Shown here: positions 25,358-35,179 of the stretch, one piece after another
Position numbering within the stretch: the stretch's first letter is position 1
Layout of the letters: every line of letters starts with the position of its first letter
Source of the DNA: Thermoplasmata archaeon
GTDB taxonomy: Archaea; Thermoplasmatota; Thermoplasmata; Lutacidiplasmatales; UBA184
Assembly: GCA_035656255.1 (NCBI GenBank)
Contig: DASRSV010000022.1
Coordinates: 16,630-80,629 of the forward strand
DNA: 64,000 bases
Direction: 5' to 3'
Program-made: the position numbers and the translations under genes
Notes under the pieces: model-generated
What the model saw: the letters and a program-made list of their open reading frames with translations, nothing else
What the model was told of the DNA's origin: nothing
Databases searched by the model: none

Positions 25358-25705
25358 TTACGTCTTCTCCGCGGCTTTTCGCCCCCGTCCTCGCGACGGG
25401 GCACCGGCGGGGAAGAACGCCTCCCAGGCGGTCACGAGCTGCTCGCGCCGCTCGGCGCCGGCTTCGGATCGGCCCCGCTTGCCGAACATCGGGTCGTGGG
25501 TATCCCGGACCGAGCGGAGGAACTCCCCCGGGTTCTCGCTCGCTCGCTCGAAACCGTACAGGATGAGCTGGCGCAGGAAGCTCGAACGGCCCCGCCAACC
25601 GATGCGCCGTCGGACGAGGGGGTTGAGGTGGCGCTTCGCCATGCGCCACACGTCGTTGGTGGTCCGGTAGTCGCGCGCGGAGAGTCCGATCATGACCTGC
25701 GGCAT
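25358..25705 (-). CDS. Hypothetical basic protein (115 aa)
   Basis: ATG 25705 in the ubiA-arcS gap. Protein-like composition, unlike the upstream part of the track ORF. Confidence 0.5.
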   Translation of the reverse strand: MPQVMIGLSARDYRTTNDVWRMAKRHLNPLVRRRIGWRGRSSFLRQLILYGFERASENPGEFLRSVRDTHDPMFGKRGRSEAGAERREQLVTAWEAFFPAGAPSRGRGRKAAEKT

Positions 25706-25818
25706 GGCGAGGCGAAGACCGGGGAGTCGACCATAAGATTTGGCGCAGGAACGTACCGCCAGCGTCGCGGAGAACCGCGCGTTCGCGCTCGAAGTACCCC
25801 GGAACGGGGCCCCAATCC

Positions 25819-26694
25819 TTAGAGAGACCCCGCGAACAATGACGCCGCGACCCCCGCGAGGAAACTTGCGGCGGCGACGAAGTGCAGTCGAAAAGGTCGA
25901 AGCACGTTGCGGGGACGCTGGGCGAGCGTGAGGTCCACGTACCCGGCGACGACGATCATCGGGACGACGCCGACGAGGCCGAGGGGGGCGAGCCGCGCGA
26001 GGAACACGAAGGCGACGAACAGTCCGACCGCGGTCGCATGGAAGAGCGGAAGGGCCCGGCGGGCTCTTTCGGGCCCCCACCGGGCCGGCAGCGAACGCAG
26101 CCCCGCCGCTCGGTCGGCGTCGACGTCGCCCAGGCTGTGGACCGTTTCGAACGCGGTCCCCCACGCGACGAGCGCGCCCACCGCCGTGAGGACGAACCAG
26201 GGGAGCGTGCCCGTGACCGCGATGTAGATCGCCGCCGGCGTGATCCCCTCCACCAGTCCGAGGTACGGGGTCGTGAGCGCGGTGAACCGCTTGGTGTAGC
26301 TGTAGACGAAGATCAGCGCGAGCGCGACCGGTGCGAGCGCGAGGGCGAGCAGATTCAGGAGGCCCGCGGCCACGATGAGGAGACCCCCGCTCAGGACGGC
26401 GACGGTCAGCGCGAAGGTCGGCGATAGTCGACCGCTCGGGAGCGCCCGTCCTCGGGTGCGGGGGTTGGCGGCGTCGTAGCCGCGGTCCGCCCAGCGGTTG
26501 AAGCTGTGCCCGGCGTTCCGGGCGGCAACGAACGCCACAACGATCAGGCCGGTGACCCACCACGACGGGACCCCCCGGGCGGCGGCGAGGAGGAAGGCGA
26601 CCGCGAACGGAAGGTTCAGCCCCAGATTCTGGATCTCGAGGAAGCGGCCCACCTCGGCGAGCCGCGAGGGCCGGGCGGCGGCGGGAGGTCTCAC
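25819..26694 (-). CDS. ubiA: UbiA-family prenyltransferase (4-hydroxybenzoate octaprenyltransferase/MqnP-like)
   Basis: ARNAGHSFNRWADRGYDAANPRT..RALPSG, YSYTKRFT, DVDADRAAGLRSLP. Confidence 0.9.
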   Translation of the reverse strand: MRPPAAARPSRLAEVGRFLEIQNLGLNLPFAVAFLLAAARGVPSWWVTGLIVVAFVAARNAGHSFNRWADRGYDAANPRTRGRALPSGRLSPTFALTVAVLSGGLLIVAAGLLNLLALALAPVALALIFVYSYTKRFTALTTPYLGLVEGITPAAIYIAVTGTLPWFVLTAVGALVAWGTAFETVHSLGDVDADRAAGLRSLPARWGPERARRALPLFHATAVGLFVAFVFLARLAPLGLVGVVPMIVVAGYVDLTLAQRPRNVLRPFRLHFVAAASFLAGVAASLFAGSL

Positions 26695-28175
26695 GATGCG
26701 ACGTTCGGTCCGAGGAGTCGGCGCAGGACCGGGTCGGAGCGGAGCAGGGCGTCGACCTTCGAGACGACCCCCGGATCCATCCGGATCTCCTCGGGCCATG
26801 GCCTCGGGAACCCGTCCTCGGGGCGCTTGCGGGTCGCGTCGACGCCGACCTTCCCGCCGAGGTTCGCCACCGCGTTCGAGATCGACAGCTGGTCGACCGG
26901 CCCCTGGACGAGCTCGAGATCACGCGCCGGGTCGGCCTGGAGGCCCACGCGGTAGAGGACCTCGCCGAGGTCGTGGACGTTGACGTCCTCGTCGACGACG
27001 ACGATGTAGCGGAGGAACATCAGCTGCCCCAGCCCCCAGAGGGCATGCATCACCTTTCGGGCGTGGTCGGGATACGATTTCCGGATCGCCACGATCCCGA
27101 CGTTGATGAACAGCCCCTCCATCGGGAGGTTCATGTCGGTGATCTCGGGGATGACGAGCCGGACGATCGGGAGGAACACGCGCTCGATCGCCTTGCCGAT
27201 CACGGCGTCCTCGGTGGGCGGTTTCCCCGTCACCGTCGTGAAGTAGACCGGCCGCTCCCGTCGGGTGACGCGCGTCACGTGGAACACCGGGAACGGTTCG
27301 GGAGCCGAGTAGTAGCCCGTGTGGTCGCCGAACGGGCCCTCGATATGCCGCTCGACGGGGTCGACGTATCCTTCGAGAACGACCTCCGCCTGCGCGGGCA
27401 CGTCGAGGTCCACGCTCCGTGCTTTGACGAGCTCAAGGGGAGCGTCGTTGAGGAACCCCGCGAAGACGAAGTTGGAGACCCCTTCGGGGACGGGAGCCAG
27501 GCCGGCGAGGACCGTCGCGGGGTCGCAGCCGATCGCCGCAACGACCGGCATCCGCTCGCCGCGGGCCGCCCACTTTCGGTAGTTGTTCGCCCCGACCCGA
27601 TGGACCTGGAAGTGCATCCCGAGCGTGTCGGGGCCGTACTGCTGCAGCCGGTAGACCCCCGTGTGCGGCTCGCCGGTCTCGGGGTCGCTCGTGACTACGA
27701 CCGGGAAGGTGATCGTCCGCCCGCCGTCGCCGGGCCAGCAGCGGAGGATCGGCAATCGGTCGAGGTCGACGTTCGCCTCCTCCACCTCCTGGCACGGGCC
27801 CGAACTCCGATGCTTCGGTCCGAGGTTGCGCAGCAGCTCGAGCGTGGCGAGCGTCCCCCCGAGGTCCTTGAGGGCGCCGACGACCCCGGCCGGCGGTCGA
27901 AGCCGAACGAGCCGCCCGATCTTGTCGGCGACCGAACCGAGGTCGGCCGCGCCGAGCGCGCGGGCGATCCGCCGGTGCGAGCCGAGCACGTTCGTAGCGA
28001 CCGGCATCGTCGCCCCCGGGACGTTCTCGAAGAGGAGGGCGGGTCCGTCGCGGGCGACGGCACGCTGGGTGATCTCCGTGATCTCGAGGTCCCGAGCCAC
28101 CGGGGTGCGGACGCGCAGAAGGTCGCCCGCGGACTCGAGCTCCGCGAGGAACTCTCCGAGGGCCCCGAACCCCAT
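26691..28175 (-). CDS. ubiD: UbiD-family (prFMN) decarboxylase
   Basis: GPALLFENV, LPILRCWPGDGG, EGPFGDHTGYY, KVGVDAT.K. Confidence 0.93.
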   Translation of the reverse strand: MGFGALGEFLAELESAGDLLRVRTPVARDLEITEITQRAVARDGPALLFENVPGATMPVATNVLGSHRRIARALGAADLGSVADKIGRLVRLRPPAGVVGALKDLGGTLATLELLRNLGPKHRSSGPCQEVEEANVDLDRLPILRCWPGDGGRTITFPVVVTSDPETGEPHTGVYRLQQYGPDTLGMHFQVHRVGANNYRKWAARGERMPVVAAIGCDPATVLAGLAPVPEGVSNFVFAGFLNDAPLELVKARSVDLDVPAQAEVVLEGYVDPVERHIEGPFGDHTGYYSAPEPFPVFHVTRVTRRERPVYFTTVTGKPPTEDAVIGKAIERVFLPIVRLVIPEITDMNLPMEGLFINVGIVAIRKSYPDHARKVMHALWGLGQLMFLRYIVVVDEDVNVHDLGEVLYRVGLQADPARDLELVQGPVDQLSISNAVANLGGKVGVDATRKRPEDGFPRPWPEEIRMDPGVVSKVDALLRSDPVLRRLLGPNVAS

Positions 28176-28198
28176 CTCCCTCGAGGAGCGGCGGGGCA

Positions 28199-28206
28199 TA
28201 TTTAAG
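28199..28206 (-). promoter_or_regulatory. TATA-like box of the ubiD-ubiA operon
   Basis: TTAAATAT on the - strand about 25-30 nt before ATG 28175, in otherwise very GC-rich DNA. Confidence 0.55.
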
Positions 28207-28269
28207 GCGGGGCGCGGCCCCTGTCAAGGTTCATATCGAAACCCCTGATCGCGTCCCCGATCCCGTCCG

Positions 28270-28965
28270 ATGCAGGCGGTCACGCTCGAATTCGCGACCG
28301 CCGATCTCGAGTCGATCGGGGTCGTCCCGCGGGAGGTGTTCCGGCGCGTCGAGGAGGTCGAGCTCCTCGAGACTCTCCGGCTCGAGCACGGCTGGCGGCT
28401 CCAGTTGCTGCGGGTCCGCCGACGCGGTGCGCTGCGGACCGCGGGCGAGCTCGAGCGGGATACCCGCCGCATCCGGCGCGAGTACGGGCTCGAGAGCTTC
28501 GAGCTCGTGGAGCGGCGGCCGCGGACCCGGGACTACATTCTCCTCGTTCGTCAGCGGAACGCCCCGACCTTGCGTCGGCTGCTGGACGTGGCCGGCGGCG
28601 GGGTGACGCCCGCCGCTCCGTTCCTGCTGACGCCCGAGCGCGTGGTCGCCTCCCTGCGGGGCGAGGAACGGTCTGTGCGGCGGGTACTTCGGCGCCTGAA
28701 GACCGAGGGCCTGCCGTTCCGGGTGGTCCGGACCACGCCGCGGCCGTACGCGGTCGCCCGCGAGCCCCGCACGCTCTCCCCGCGGCAGGAGACGGCGCTC
28801 GCGCGGGCTTGGACGCTGGGCTACTACGCGGTGCCGAGGCGGATCACCCTGACGCGGCTCGCGCGGGTCATCGGGGTGAGCCCACCGGCCGTCGGAAAGC
28901 TGTTGCGTCGCGCCGAAGGCCATCTCGTCGCCCGGTTCCTGGCCGGCAGTCCTCCGGTCGCGTGA
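28270..28965 (+). CDS. Bat/HTH_10-type transcription regulator
   Basis: C-terminal LSPRQETALARAWTLGYYAVPRRITLTRLA..IGVS...LLRRAE. Confidence 0.85.
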   Translation: MQAVTLEFATADLESIGVVPREVFRRVEEVELLETLRLEHGWRLQLLRVRRRGALRTAGELERDTRRIRREYGLESFELVERRPRTRDYILLVRQRNAPTLRRLLDVAGGGVTPAAPFLLTPERVVASLRGEERSVRRVLRRLKTEGLPFRVVRTTPRPYAVAREPRTLSPRQETALARAWTLGYYAVPRRITLTRLARVIGVSPPAVGKLLRRAEGHLVARFLAGSPPVA

Positions 28966-29060
28966 GCATCGGCGGCGGCGTCGCGGGCCGGCCCCACCGG
29001 CGCAACGGTGAAAGCGCCGCCCGGTCCGGACCGGCCGTGGCGGCGGCACGACGGTTGGGC

Positions 29061-29477
29061 GTGACGGTCGAGCGCATCTCGGACGGAGCCCGGCTGCCCG
29101 CCCGCGCGACCCCGGGGTCGGCGTGCTTCGACCTCCACGCGGCCGAAGCCGTCGAACTTCGCCGAGGGCGCGTCGATCTCGTACCGACCGGCGTCAAGCT
29201 CCGCGCGCCGCCCGGCACGTTCCTGGAGGTTCGCCCACGGAGCGGCCTCGCCTCCCGCGGAGTGTTGATGGTGAACGCTCCGGGAACGATCGACCGCGAC
29301 TACTCGGGGGAGGTCAAGGTGCCGCTGACGTTCCTCGGGAAGGGATCGTACGCGATCGCCGCGGGCGACCGCATCGCTCAGGTACGCCTGGCCGCCGACC
29401 ACGCCACCGAGTTCCGTTGGGGCCGGGTCCCGCCGGTCGGCGGTCGCTCTGGCGGTTTCGGCAGCACCGGGCGGTGA
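29061..29477 (+). CDS. dut: dUTP diphosphatase
   Basis: SACFDL, LVPTGV, RPRSGLA, NAPGTIDRDYSGE, GDRIAQ, RSGGFGSTG. Start uncertain. Confidence 0.92.
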   Translation: MTVERISDGARLPARATPGSACFDLHAAEAVELRRGRVDLVPTGVKLRAPPGTFLEVRPRSGLASRGVLMVNAPGTIDRDYSGEVKVPLTFLGKGSYAIAAGDRIAQVRLAADHATEFRWGRVPPVGGRSGGFGSTGR

Positions 29478-29492
29478 TCCCGCGCCGACGCC

Positions 29493-31088
29493 TCAGCCGG
29501 GCAGCTGCTGCTGGACCGTCCGCCGAGCAGCGGGTCGAAGCGACCCCTTCCGCGACTCCTCTTCGACCCGGTCCAGGATCTCGACCATCTTACGTTCCCG
29601 GGCCCGTGACGCCCGTTGCAGCACGACGTCCCGCCCCGGCGCCTGGAGAACGATCGTCCGACCGGCCCGGAACCGACCCGTTCGACCCCGCCGCTGGATG
29701 GTCCGGATGACGTCCGGCACCGGCTCGTAGAAGATCACCAGGTCGGTCGACGGGACGTCCAACCCCTCCTCCCCTACCGACGTCGCCACGAGGCAGTTCA
29801 CGGCTCCGGAACGGAACCGATCGAGCAGCTCGACCTGCTCCTTCTGCGTCATCCCGACGTCCGCTCCTCGGGAGGCCTGACCCACGAACCGGGCCGGGCG
29901 CACGGCCGGATCCCGAAGGAGGGCGAGCTCCCCGACCAGTTGCTCGGCCGTGCGCCGGAACTGCGCGAAGACGAGGACGCGCGAGAGGGGTGCGGCATGG
30001 AGCTCCTGCGAGACGATCTCGACCGTCATCGCGACCTTCGGATGCTCGAGCTCGGTGGAACCTAGTGCTGCTCGCGTGCGGACCACGTCGGGGTCGCCCA
30101 CGAACGCCCGCTGGGCGGGGGATACACGGCCGCGCTTCGGCTCTCCCTGCTCGTCGAGGAACTTCCGAAGCCCGTCGACGCTCTGGGACTCGGCGAGCTC
30201 GAGCGCGTGGAGGCCCTTCATCGCCGCGGCGTGGGCGGTGTTCACCGTCCAGAGTCTCGGGGGCACGTTCTCCCCCCGGCTTCGATACCCCTCGATCTGG
30301 CCGTGGATGGTGGCGCCGACCGCGAGGAGTTCGCGACGGGTCGCCTCGGTGGCGCCGAGGAGTCCGAAGGCGCGCAACTGCTCGGTCTGGCGACGGACCG
30401 CCGCACGGAGCAGCACCGCGAGCTGCTGCAGCTCCGCGGGTACCGGAACCTCCCGTACCTCGACGCCGATGTCGTGCACGTAGGGTCGCACGTCGGGATC
30501 CTCGGCGGTGCGAAGTTCGAAGTGCTCGATCCCCAGGTTCGCCCACACCTCCCGCACGCGCTCGAGCTGGGAACCGGGGGACGCCGTCATCGCGAGCACC
30601 CGAGCGCGCGGTCCTTCTCGATTCGCCTCGGCGATCGCGACGTAGGGGTATTCCCCCACGGCGCGGTGCGCCTCGTCGAACACGATCAACGCGAACGGGT
30701 CGAGGCGGAGCCCGCCCTGGGCGAGGTCGTTCGCGATCACCTGGGGGGTCGCGACGATCACTTGGGGCGGGTTCACGAGCGCGGCACGGCGGGCCGGAGG
30801 AATCGTCCCGGTGAGGACGACGGGTTCGGGTCCGACGAGCGCGGCCTCGATCGAGCGGGCGTGCTGCACGACGAGAGGGCGTGTCGGCGCGAGGAACAGC
30901 AGGGACCGCGTGGGGGCCCGATCCCATGTCTCGGCCATCGTTCGGAGCGCGATGGTGGTCTTGCCGAGTCCGGTCGGCAGGACTACGAGCGTGTTTCTCG
31001 CCACCGCGCTCTGGGCGATGTTGCCTTGGTAGAGGCGGTCCTCCAGAACCCCGGCTCGGATACGGGGATGCACGACGGTGTCCGCCAT
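29493..31088 (-). CDS. hef: Hef/FANCM-family SF2 helicase (helicase domain only)
   Basis: LPTGLGKT, DEAHRAVG, MTASPG, VATSVGEEGLDVP, IQRRGRTGR. Confidence 0.88.
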   Translation of the reverse strand: MADTVVHPRIRAGVLEDRLYQGNIAQSAVARNTLVVLPTGLGKTTIALRTMAETWDRAPTRSLLFLAPTRPLVVQHARSIEAALVGPEPVVLTGTIPPARRAALVNPPQVIVATPQVIANDLAQGGLRLDPFALIVFDEAHRAVGEYPYVAIAEANREGPRARVLAMTASPGSQLERVREVWANLGIEHFELRTAEDPDVRPYVHDIGVEVREVPVPAELQQLAVLLRAAVRRQTEQLRAFGLLGATEATRRELLAVGATIHGQIEGYRSRGENVPPRLWTVNTAHAAAMKGLHALELAESQSVDGLRKFLDEQGEPKRGRVSPAQRAFVGDPDVVRTRAALGSTELEHPKVAMTVEIVSQELHAAPLSRVLVFAQFRRTAEQLVGELALLRDPAVRPARFVGQASRGADVGMTQKEQVELLDRFRSGAVNCLVATSVGEEGLDVPSTDLVIFYEPVPDVIRTIQRRGRTGRFRAGRTIVLQAPGRDVVLQRASRARERKMVEILDRVEEESRKGSLRPAARRTVQQQLPG

Positions 31089-31113
31089 CGGCGCGGAGCC
31101 GAGCAGCCTCGCC

Positions 31114-31120
31114 TTAATTA
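31114..31120. promoter_or_regulatory. Candidate bidirectional TATA element
   Basis: TTAATTA is the only AT-rich patch between the divergent starts at 31088 and 31142, about 25-30 nt from each. Confidence 0.5.
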
Positions 31121-31141
31121 GGCGGGGACTGGGCACGGGCG

Positions 31142-32308
31142 TTGCTCCCGCTCCTCGTCGCCGGGGCGCTGCTCGCCTTCGGTGTCGTCGTGCTGTCGTT
31201 CCACGGTGCCGCGCTCTACTTTGCGGCGCGAATGCCCCGACTCGACCCTGAGCCTTCGGGCGACGAGCGGGCCCTGCCGACAGTCACCGCGATCGTAGCG
31301 GCCCGAAACGAGGAGGAGGATCTGCCCGGCTGCCTCGACGACCTGGCCGCCCAGCGATACCCGAACCTCGGGATCGTCGTGGTCGACGGGGCTTCGACCG
31401 ACGGGACGAGGGAAGCGGTGAAGGCCCGGTCGGACCGCGTGCGGCTCCTCGACGAGCCGCCGTTGCCCAGCGGCTGGGTTGGGAAGAATTGGGCGCTCCA
31501 CGAAGGAGCCCGGGAGAGTTCCTCCGAGTGGATCCTGTTCACGGACGCGGACGTCCGGTACGATCCCCGCGCGGTCGCGAGCACGGTCCGGTGGGCGATG
31601 CGGGAGGGCGCCGACCTCGCCTCGCTCGCGCCCCGCGTCGCGATGCGCGGATTCTGGGAGAATCTGATCCTGCCGTTCTACGTCCAGATGGTGCTGACGT
31701 ACTTCCGCGCCCCCCGCGTCAATCGCGACCGCTCGCGCGCCGCGATGGCGAACGGCCAGTACCTGCTGGTGCGCCGTTCCGCCTACGACGCCATCGGGGG
31801 GCATGCGGCGGTTCGGACGGCGGTGCTCGAAGACGTCGCCTTGGCTCGCCGATTCCGAGCGCGCGGGTTCCGTCTGCGCATCGGTTGGTCGCCCGGACTG
31901 ATCACGACGCGGATGTACCGGAGTCGACCCGAGATGTTCGAGGGCCTGCTCAAGAACGTCCACGACGAACGGTTCTCGGCGGCCCGCCAGCTGGGCTTCC
32001 TCGCTGCGCTGGTCGCGCTGTTCTGGGCGCCGTTCGCGATCCTTCCCATCGGGGTCGCGGGCGGGTCCCTCCCGGTCGCGCTGTTCGGCGCGTTCGTCGC
32101 GGGCGCGCTGCTGGCGAAGCACGTGGTCTTCACCCGCGCCGTCCGGGGCCGGGCGGTGTACGGCCTGCTCTTTCCCCTCGCTGTGGGGTACTACCTGGTC
32201 GTCGTTGCGACGTCGCTTTCGAGGGGGCTCCGGCGTCGGCCGATTGTGTGGAAAGGTCGGGAGTACGCCCTCGAGACCGACCGCGGCCGCGCGCCGCGTC
32301 ACCATTAA
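31142..32308 (+). CDS. Membrane-bound family 2 glycosyltransferase (HpnB/carotenoid GT-like)
   Basis: ARNEEE, VDGASTDGT, GWVGKNWA, FTDADV, ANGQ, LEDVALAR. Confidence 0.88.
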   Translation: MLPLLVAGALLAFGVVVLSFHGAALYFAARMPRLDPEPSGDERALPTVTAIVAARNEEEDLPGCLDDLAAQRYPNLGIVVVDGASTDGTREAVKARSDRVRLLDEPPLPSGWVGKNWALHEGARESSSEWILFTDADVRYDPRAVASTVRWAMREGADLASLAPRVAMRGFWENLILPFYVQMVLTYFRAPRVNRDRSRAAMANGQYLLVRRSAYDAIGGHAAVRTAVLEDVALARRFRARGFRLRIGWSPGLITTRMYRSRPEMFEGLLKNVHDERFSAARQLGFLAALVALFWAPFAILPIGVAGGSLPVALFGAFVAGALLAKHVVFTRAVRGRAVYGLLFPLAVGYYLVVVATSLSRGLRRRPIVWKGREYALETDRGRAPRHH

Positions 32309-32339
32309 GCGGGGGTCGACGCTCGGCGCCGCTCCGTCC

Positions 32340-33821
32340 ATGTCCGGCGACTCCTCGGTCGAGCGGTTCGGTCTCTTCGTCAACGGCGCGGAGGCGCCGG
32401 GCGGCGGTGCGGAGGAGCGTACGCTCCTCGATCCCGCGAACAATCGGCCCACGGCCCGCGTCGCGGTCGGGACGGTCGACGACGCGCGGCACGCGATGGA
32501 ATCCGCCGACGGGGCGTTCCGGGGCTCGGGTTGGGCCGACGACGACGGCAGCCGTCGGGGACGCGCGCTCTACCGGCTCGCGCGGCTCCTCGAGGATCAG
32601 GCGGACGTCTTCGCGAAGCTCGAGACGCGGAACATGGGCAAGACGCTCCGCGAGTCGCGGGGCGACATCGGGTTCGTCGTTCGGACGCTCGAGTACGTCG
32701 CGGGGCTGGCCGACAAGATCGAAGGCGAGACGATACCGGTTCCCGGCGCGCGCCTGGACTACACACTGCGCGAGCCGCTCGGGGTCACGGTCCACATCGC
32801 GCCGTGGAACTACCCGCTCCTCCTCTCGGTCCGCTCCGTCGCGCCGGCCCTCGCCGCGGGCAACGCCGTCGTGCTGAAGCCGGCGAGCCTGACCCCGCTC
32901 ACAGCCCTCCGCTTCGCACCGCTCGCGAAGGAGGCCGGCGTCCCGGACGGGATCTTCAACGTCGTCACCGGCGCCGGCGCGGACGTCGGTGAGGCGCTCG
33001 TCGCCGACGTGCGATGCCGGAGCGTCTCCTTCACCGGGAGCGGCGACGTCGGCCAGCGGATCGCCCAGTTGGCCGCGCGCCGGGTGATCCCCGTCACGCT
33101 CGAGCTCGGTGGCAAGAGCCCGGTCATCGTCCTTCCCGACGCCGACCTCGACCGGGCGGCGAAGGGGATCGGCTACGGCATCTTCGGGAACGCCGGCCAG
33201 ATGTGCTGGGCGGGCTCGCGGCTCGTCGTGCTCGAGGGCGTGCACGAACCGCTCGTCGAGAAGGTCGCCAAGATCGCCCAGGGCCTCAAGGTCGGTCCCG
33301 GTCTCGCCGACGGGGTCGAGATGGGGCCGGTCGTTTCGTCCGACCACCTCCAGCGCGTGCTCGGCTTCGTCGACGACGCCCGGAGCTCGGGCGCGCACGT
33401 CGCGAGCGGCGGGGGTCGGCTCACGGACGCCCCGCTCGCCGAAGGGAACTTCATGCAGCCGACGGTCGTCACCGACGTGCCGACCGACCACCGCGCGGCC
33501 CAGGAGGAGATCTTCGGGCCGGTGCTCTCGGTGTTCCGCGTCGCGTCCGTCGAGGAGGCGGTCCGTGTGGCGAACGCGACGCGCTACGGTCTTTTCGCCT
33601 CCGTCTGGACGCGCGACCTCGGGGCGGCGCACACCGTGGCCCGGCAGCTCGAGGCGGGGATGGTCTCCGTGAACGAGCCCCCGACGACCTTCCCGCAGTC
33701 GCCGTTCGGCGGCTACAAGGAGAGCGGGATCGGCTTCGAGCAGGGACGGCGGGTCGTGGAGCAGTACACCCGTCGCAAGAACATCATCGTGAACCTTGGG
33801 GCGCCGAAGGCCCGGAAGTAG
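32340..33821 (+). CDS. NAD-dependent aldehyde dehydrogenase
   Basis: PWNYP, KPASLTP, FTGS, LELGGKSP, GQMC, EEIFGPV, FGGYKESG. Confidence 0.95.
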   Translation: MSGDSSVERFGLFVNGAEAPGGGAEERTLLDPANNRPTARVAVGTVDDARHAMESADGAFRGSGWADDDGSRRGRALYRLARLLEDQADVFAKLETRNMGKTLRESRGDIGFVVRTLEYVAGLADKIEGETIPVPGARLDYTLREPLGVTVHIAPWNYPLLLSVRSVAPALAAGNAVVLKPASLTPLTALRFAPLAKEAGVPDGIFNVVTGAGADVGEALVADVRCRSVSFTGSGDVGQRIAQLAARRVIPVTLELGGKSPVIVLPDADLDRAAKGIGYGIFGNAGQMCWAGSRLVVLEGVHEPLVEKVAKIAQGLKVGPGLADGVEMGPVVSSDHLQRVLGFVDDARSSGAHVASGGGRLTDAPLAEGNFMQPTVVTDVPTDHRAAQEEIFGPVLSVFRVASVEEAVRVANATRYGLFASVWTRDLGAAHTVARQLEAGMVSVNEPPTTFPQSPFGGYKESGIGFEQGRRVVEQYTRRKNIIVNLGAPKARK

Positions 33822-35085
33822 CTTCGTTCCGTGGGCCCCCGGCCAGCGCCACGCGCCGGAACCGGACGTACACGGCCAGGTCGTAGCCGGACTTGAGCGC
33901 CCCGGCGATCAGGAACGGAGCGCCGAGGTATCCCGCCGCTTCCAGCGCCGACCCGGGGAACGGTCCGATGCTCTGGGCGACCCCGCGACTGCCCGCAAGC
34001 GTGGCGGCCGTCGGAGCCCGGTCGGCCGCCGGGACGAGGGCCATCGAGTACGCCTGACGGGTGGGGACGTCCATCTGGGAGAGGGACGACCGCGCCACGA
34101 GGGCCGCGAGGGCGAGCCCGAACGTCGGCATGAGCGGCACGACGGCCAGGAGCACGTTCGAGGGCAGGTGGGTCGCCACCATCGTGCGCAGCAGACCGAA
34201 CCGCCGTGCGAGCGCGCTCGCGAGGAGGAAGCTCAGCCCCGAGACCGCACCGACCACGAACAGGATCTCCCCGACGGCGGCCGCATCCGCTCCCCACGCG
34301 AGGACGAAGTAGGCGGCGATGAGCGGATTGATGACGAGGCCCCCGGCGAACGCGTCGAGACTGAAGAGCGCCGCCAGATCGAAGATCCGTCGCCGAGTGA
34401 CGGGGTCCGTGGGGGGCCGGTGCGAGGACTCCTTCGGTCGGGATACATCGCCCACGGGAGCCAGTGACGCATAGACGCCGAGCATCGCGACGGCGAGGGC
34501 GAGGTAGGCGAGCCACACCCACGCGTGGGGGGCCCCGGGAAGAAGGGGAACCGACGTCGGAGTGAGCGCCGAGGGGACCGCGACGAGCAGGGCTCCCGCG
34601 GCGCTGGCGAAGCTCGCGAACAGATTGTACCGTGCGAAGGTCTCCCCCGCGTCTCCGCCCTCGGTGAGCGAGGCGAGCATCGATTGGTCGAGGCTCGCGA
34701 GTGGACCGTTGTCGGCCGAGGCGGCGGCAACGCCACCGACCAGTACCGCGAGGAGCACGACGACCGGCTCGCTCGAGAGGTACAGGAGTGCGGCCGAAGC
34801 GACGAACAGGGCGGAGAAGAGCAGAAATCCGGAGCGGGTTCCCAGGCGTCGCGCGACCGGTCGCACGCCCACGAGGCTCGCGACCGCGGATCCGACCAGC
34901 GTGAGCGAGGTGATGACGAGGCCATCGAGCGTGGTGAAGCCAAGGTCGAATTCGAGGTACAGCAGCAGCGCGGCGCTGAGGAGCCCGTACGCGACCGCGC
35001 GGAGGGACTTCGCCAGGTAGATCTTCGCCCGTTCGGTTCCCGGCGGGGTCGGGCCCGGTTCGGGATGGAGGGGTGCCGAGTCCAC
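33784..35085 (-). CDS. MFS transporter
   Basis: About 12 hydrophobic segments, LDAFAGG, SQMDVPTRQAY. Confidence 0.85.
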   Translation of the reverse strand: MDSAPLHPEPGPTPPGTERAKIYLAKSLRAVAYGLLSAALLLYLEFDLGFTTLDGLVITSLTLVGSAVASLVGVRPVARRLGTRSGFLLFSALFVASAALLYLSSEPVVVLLAVLVGGVAAASADNGPLASLDQSMLASLTEGGDAGETFARYNLFASFASAAGALLVAVPSALTPTSVPLLPGAPHAWVWLAYLALAVAMLGVYASLAPVGDVSRPKESSHRPPTDPVTRRRIFDLAALFSLDAFAGGLVINPLIAAYFVLAWGADAAAVGEILFVVGAVSGLSFLLASALARRFGLLRTMVATHLPSNVLLAVVPLMPTFGLALAALVARSSLSQMDVPTRQAYSMALVPAADRAPTAATLAGSRGVAQSIGPFPGSALEAAGYLGAPFLIAGALKSGYDLAVYVRFRRVALAGGPRNEATSGPSAPQGSR

Positions 35086-35179
35086 CGCGGGGTGACCAAC
35101 CGCTTCGGCTATTTCGGAAGCGCGCCGCGGCGGGGTTCGTACGAAGGGAGGAAAACCGCTCCACCGGAGTCGGAGCCCC

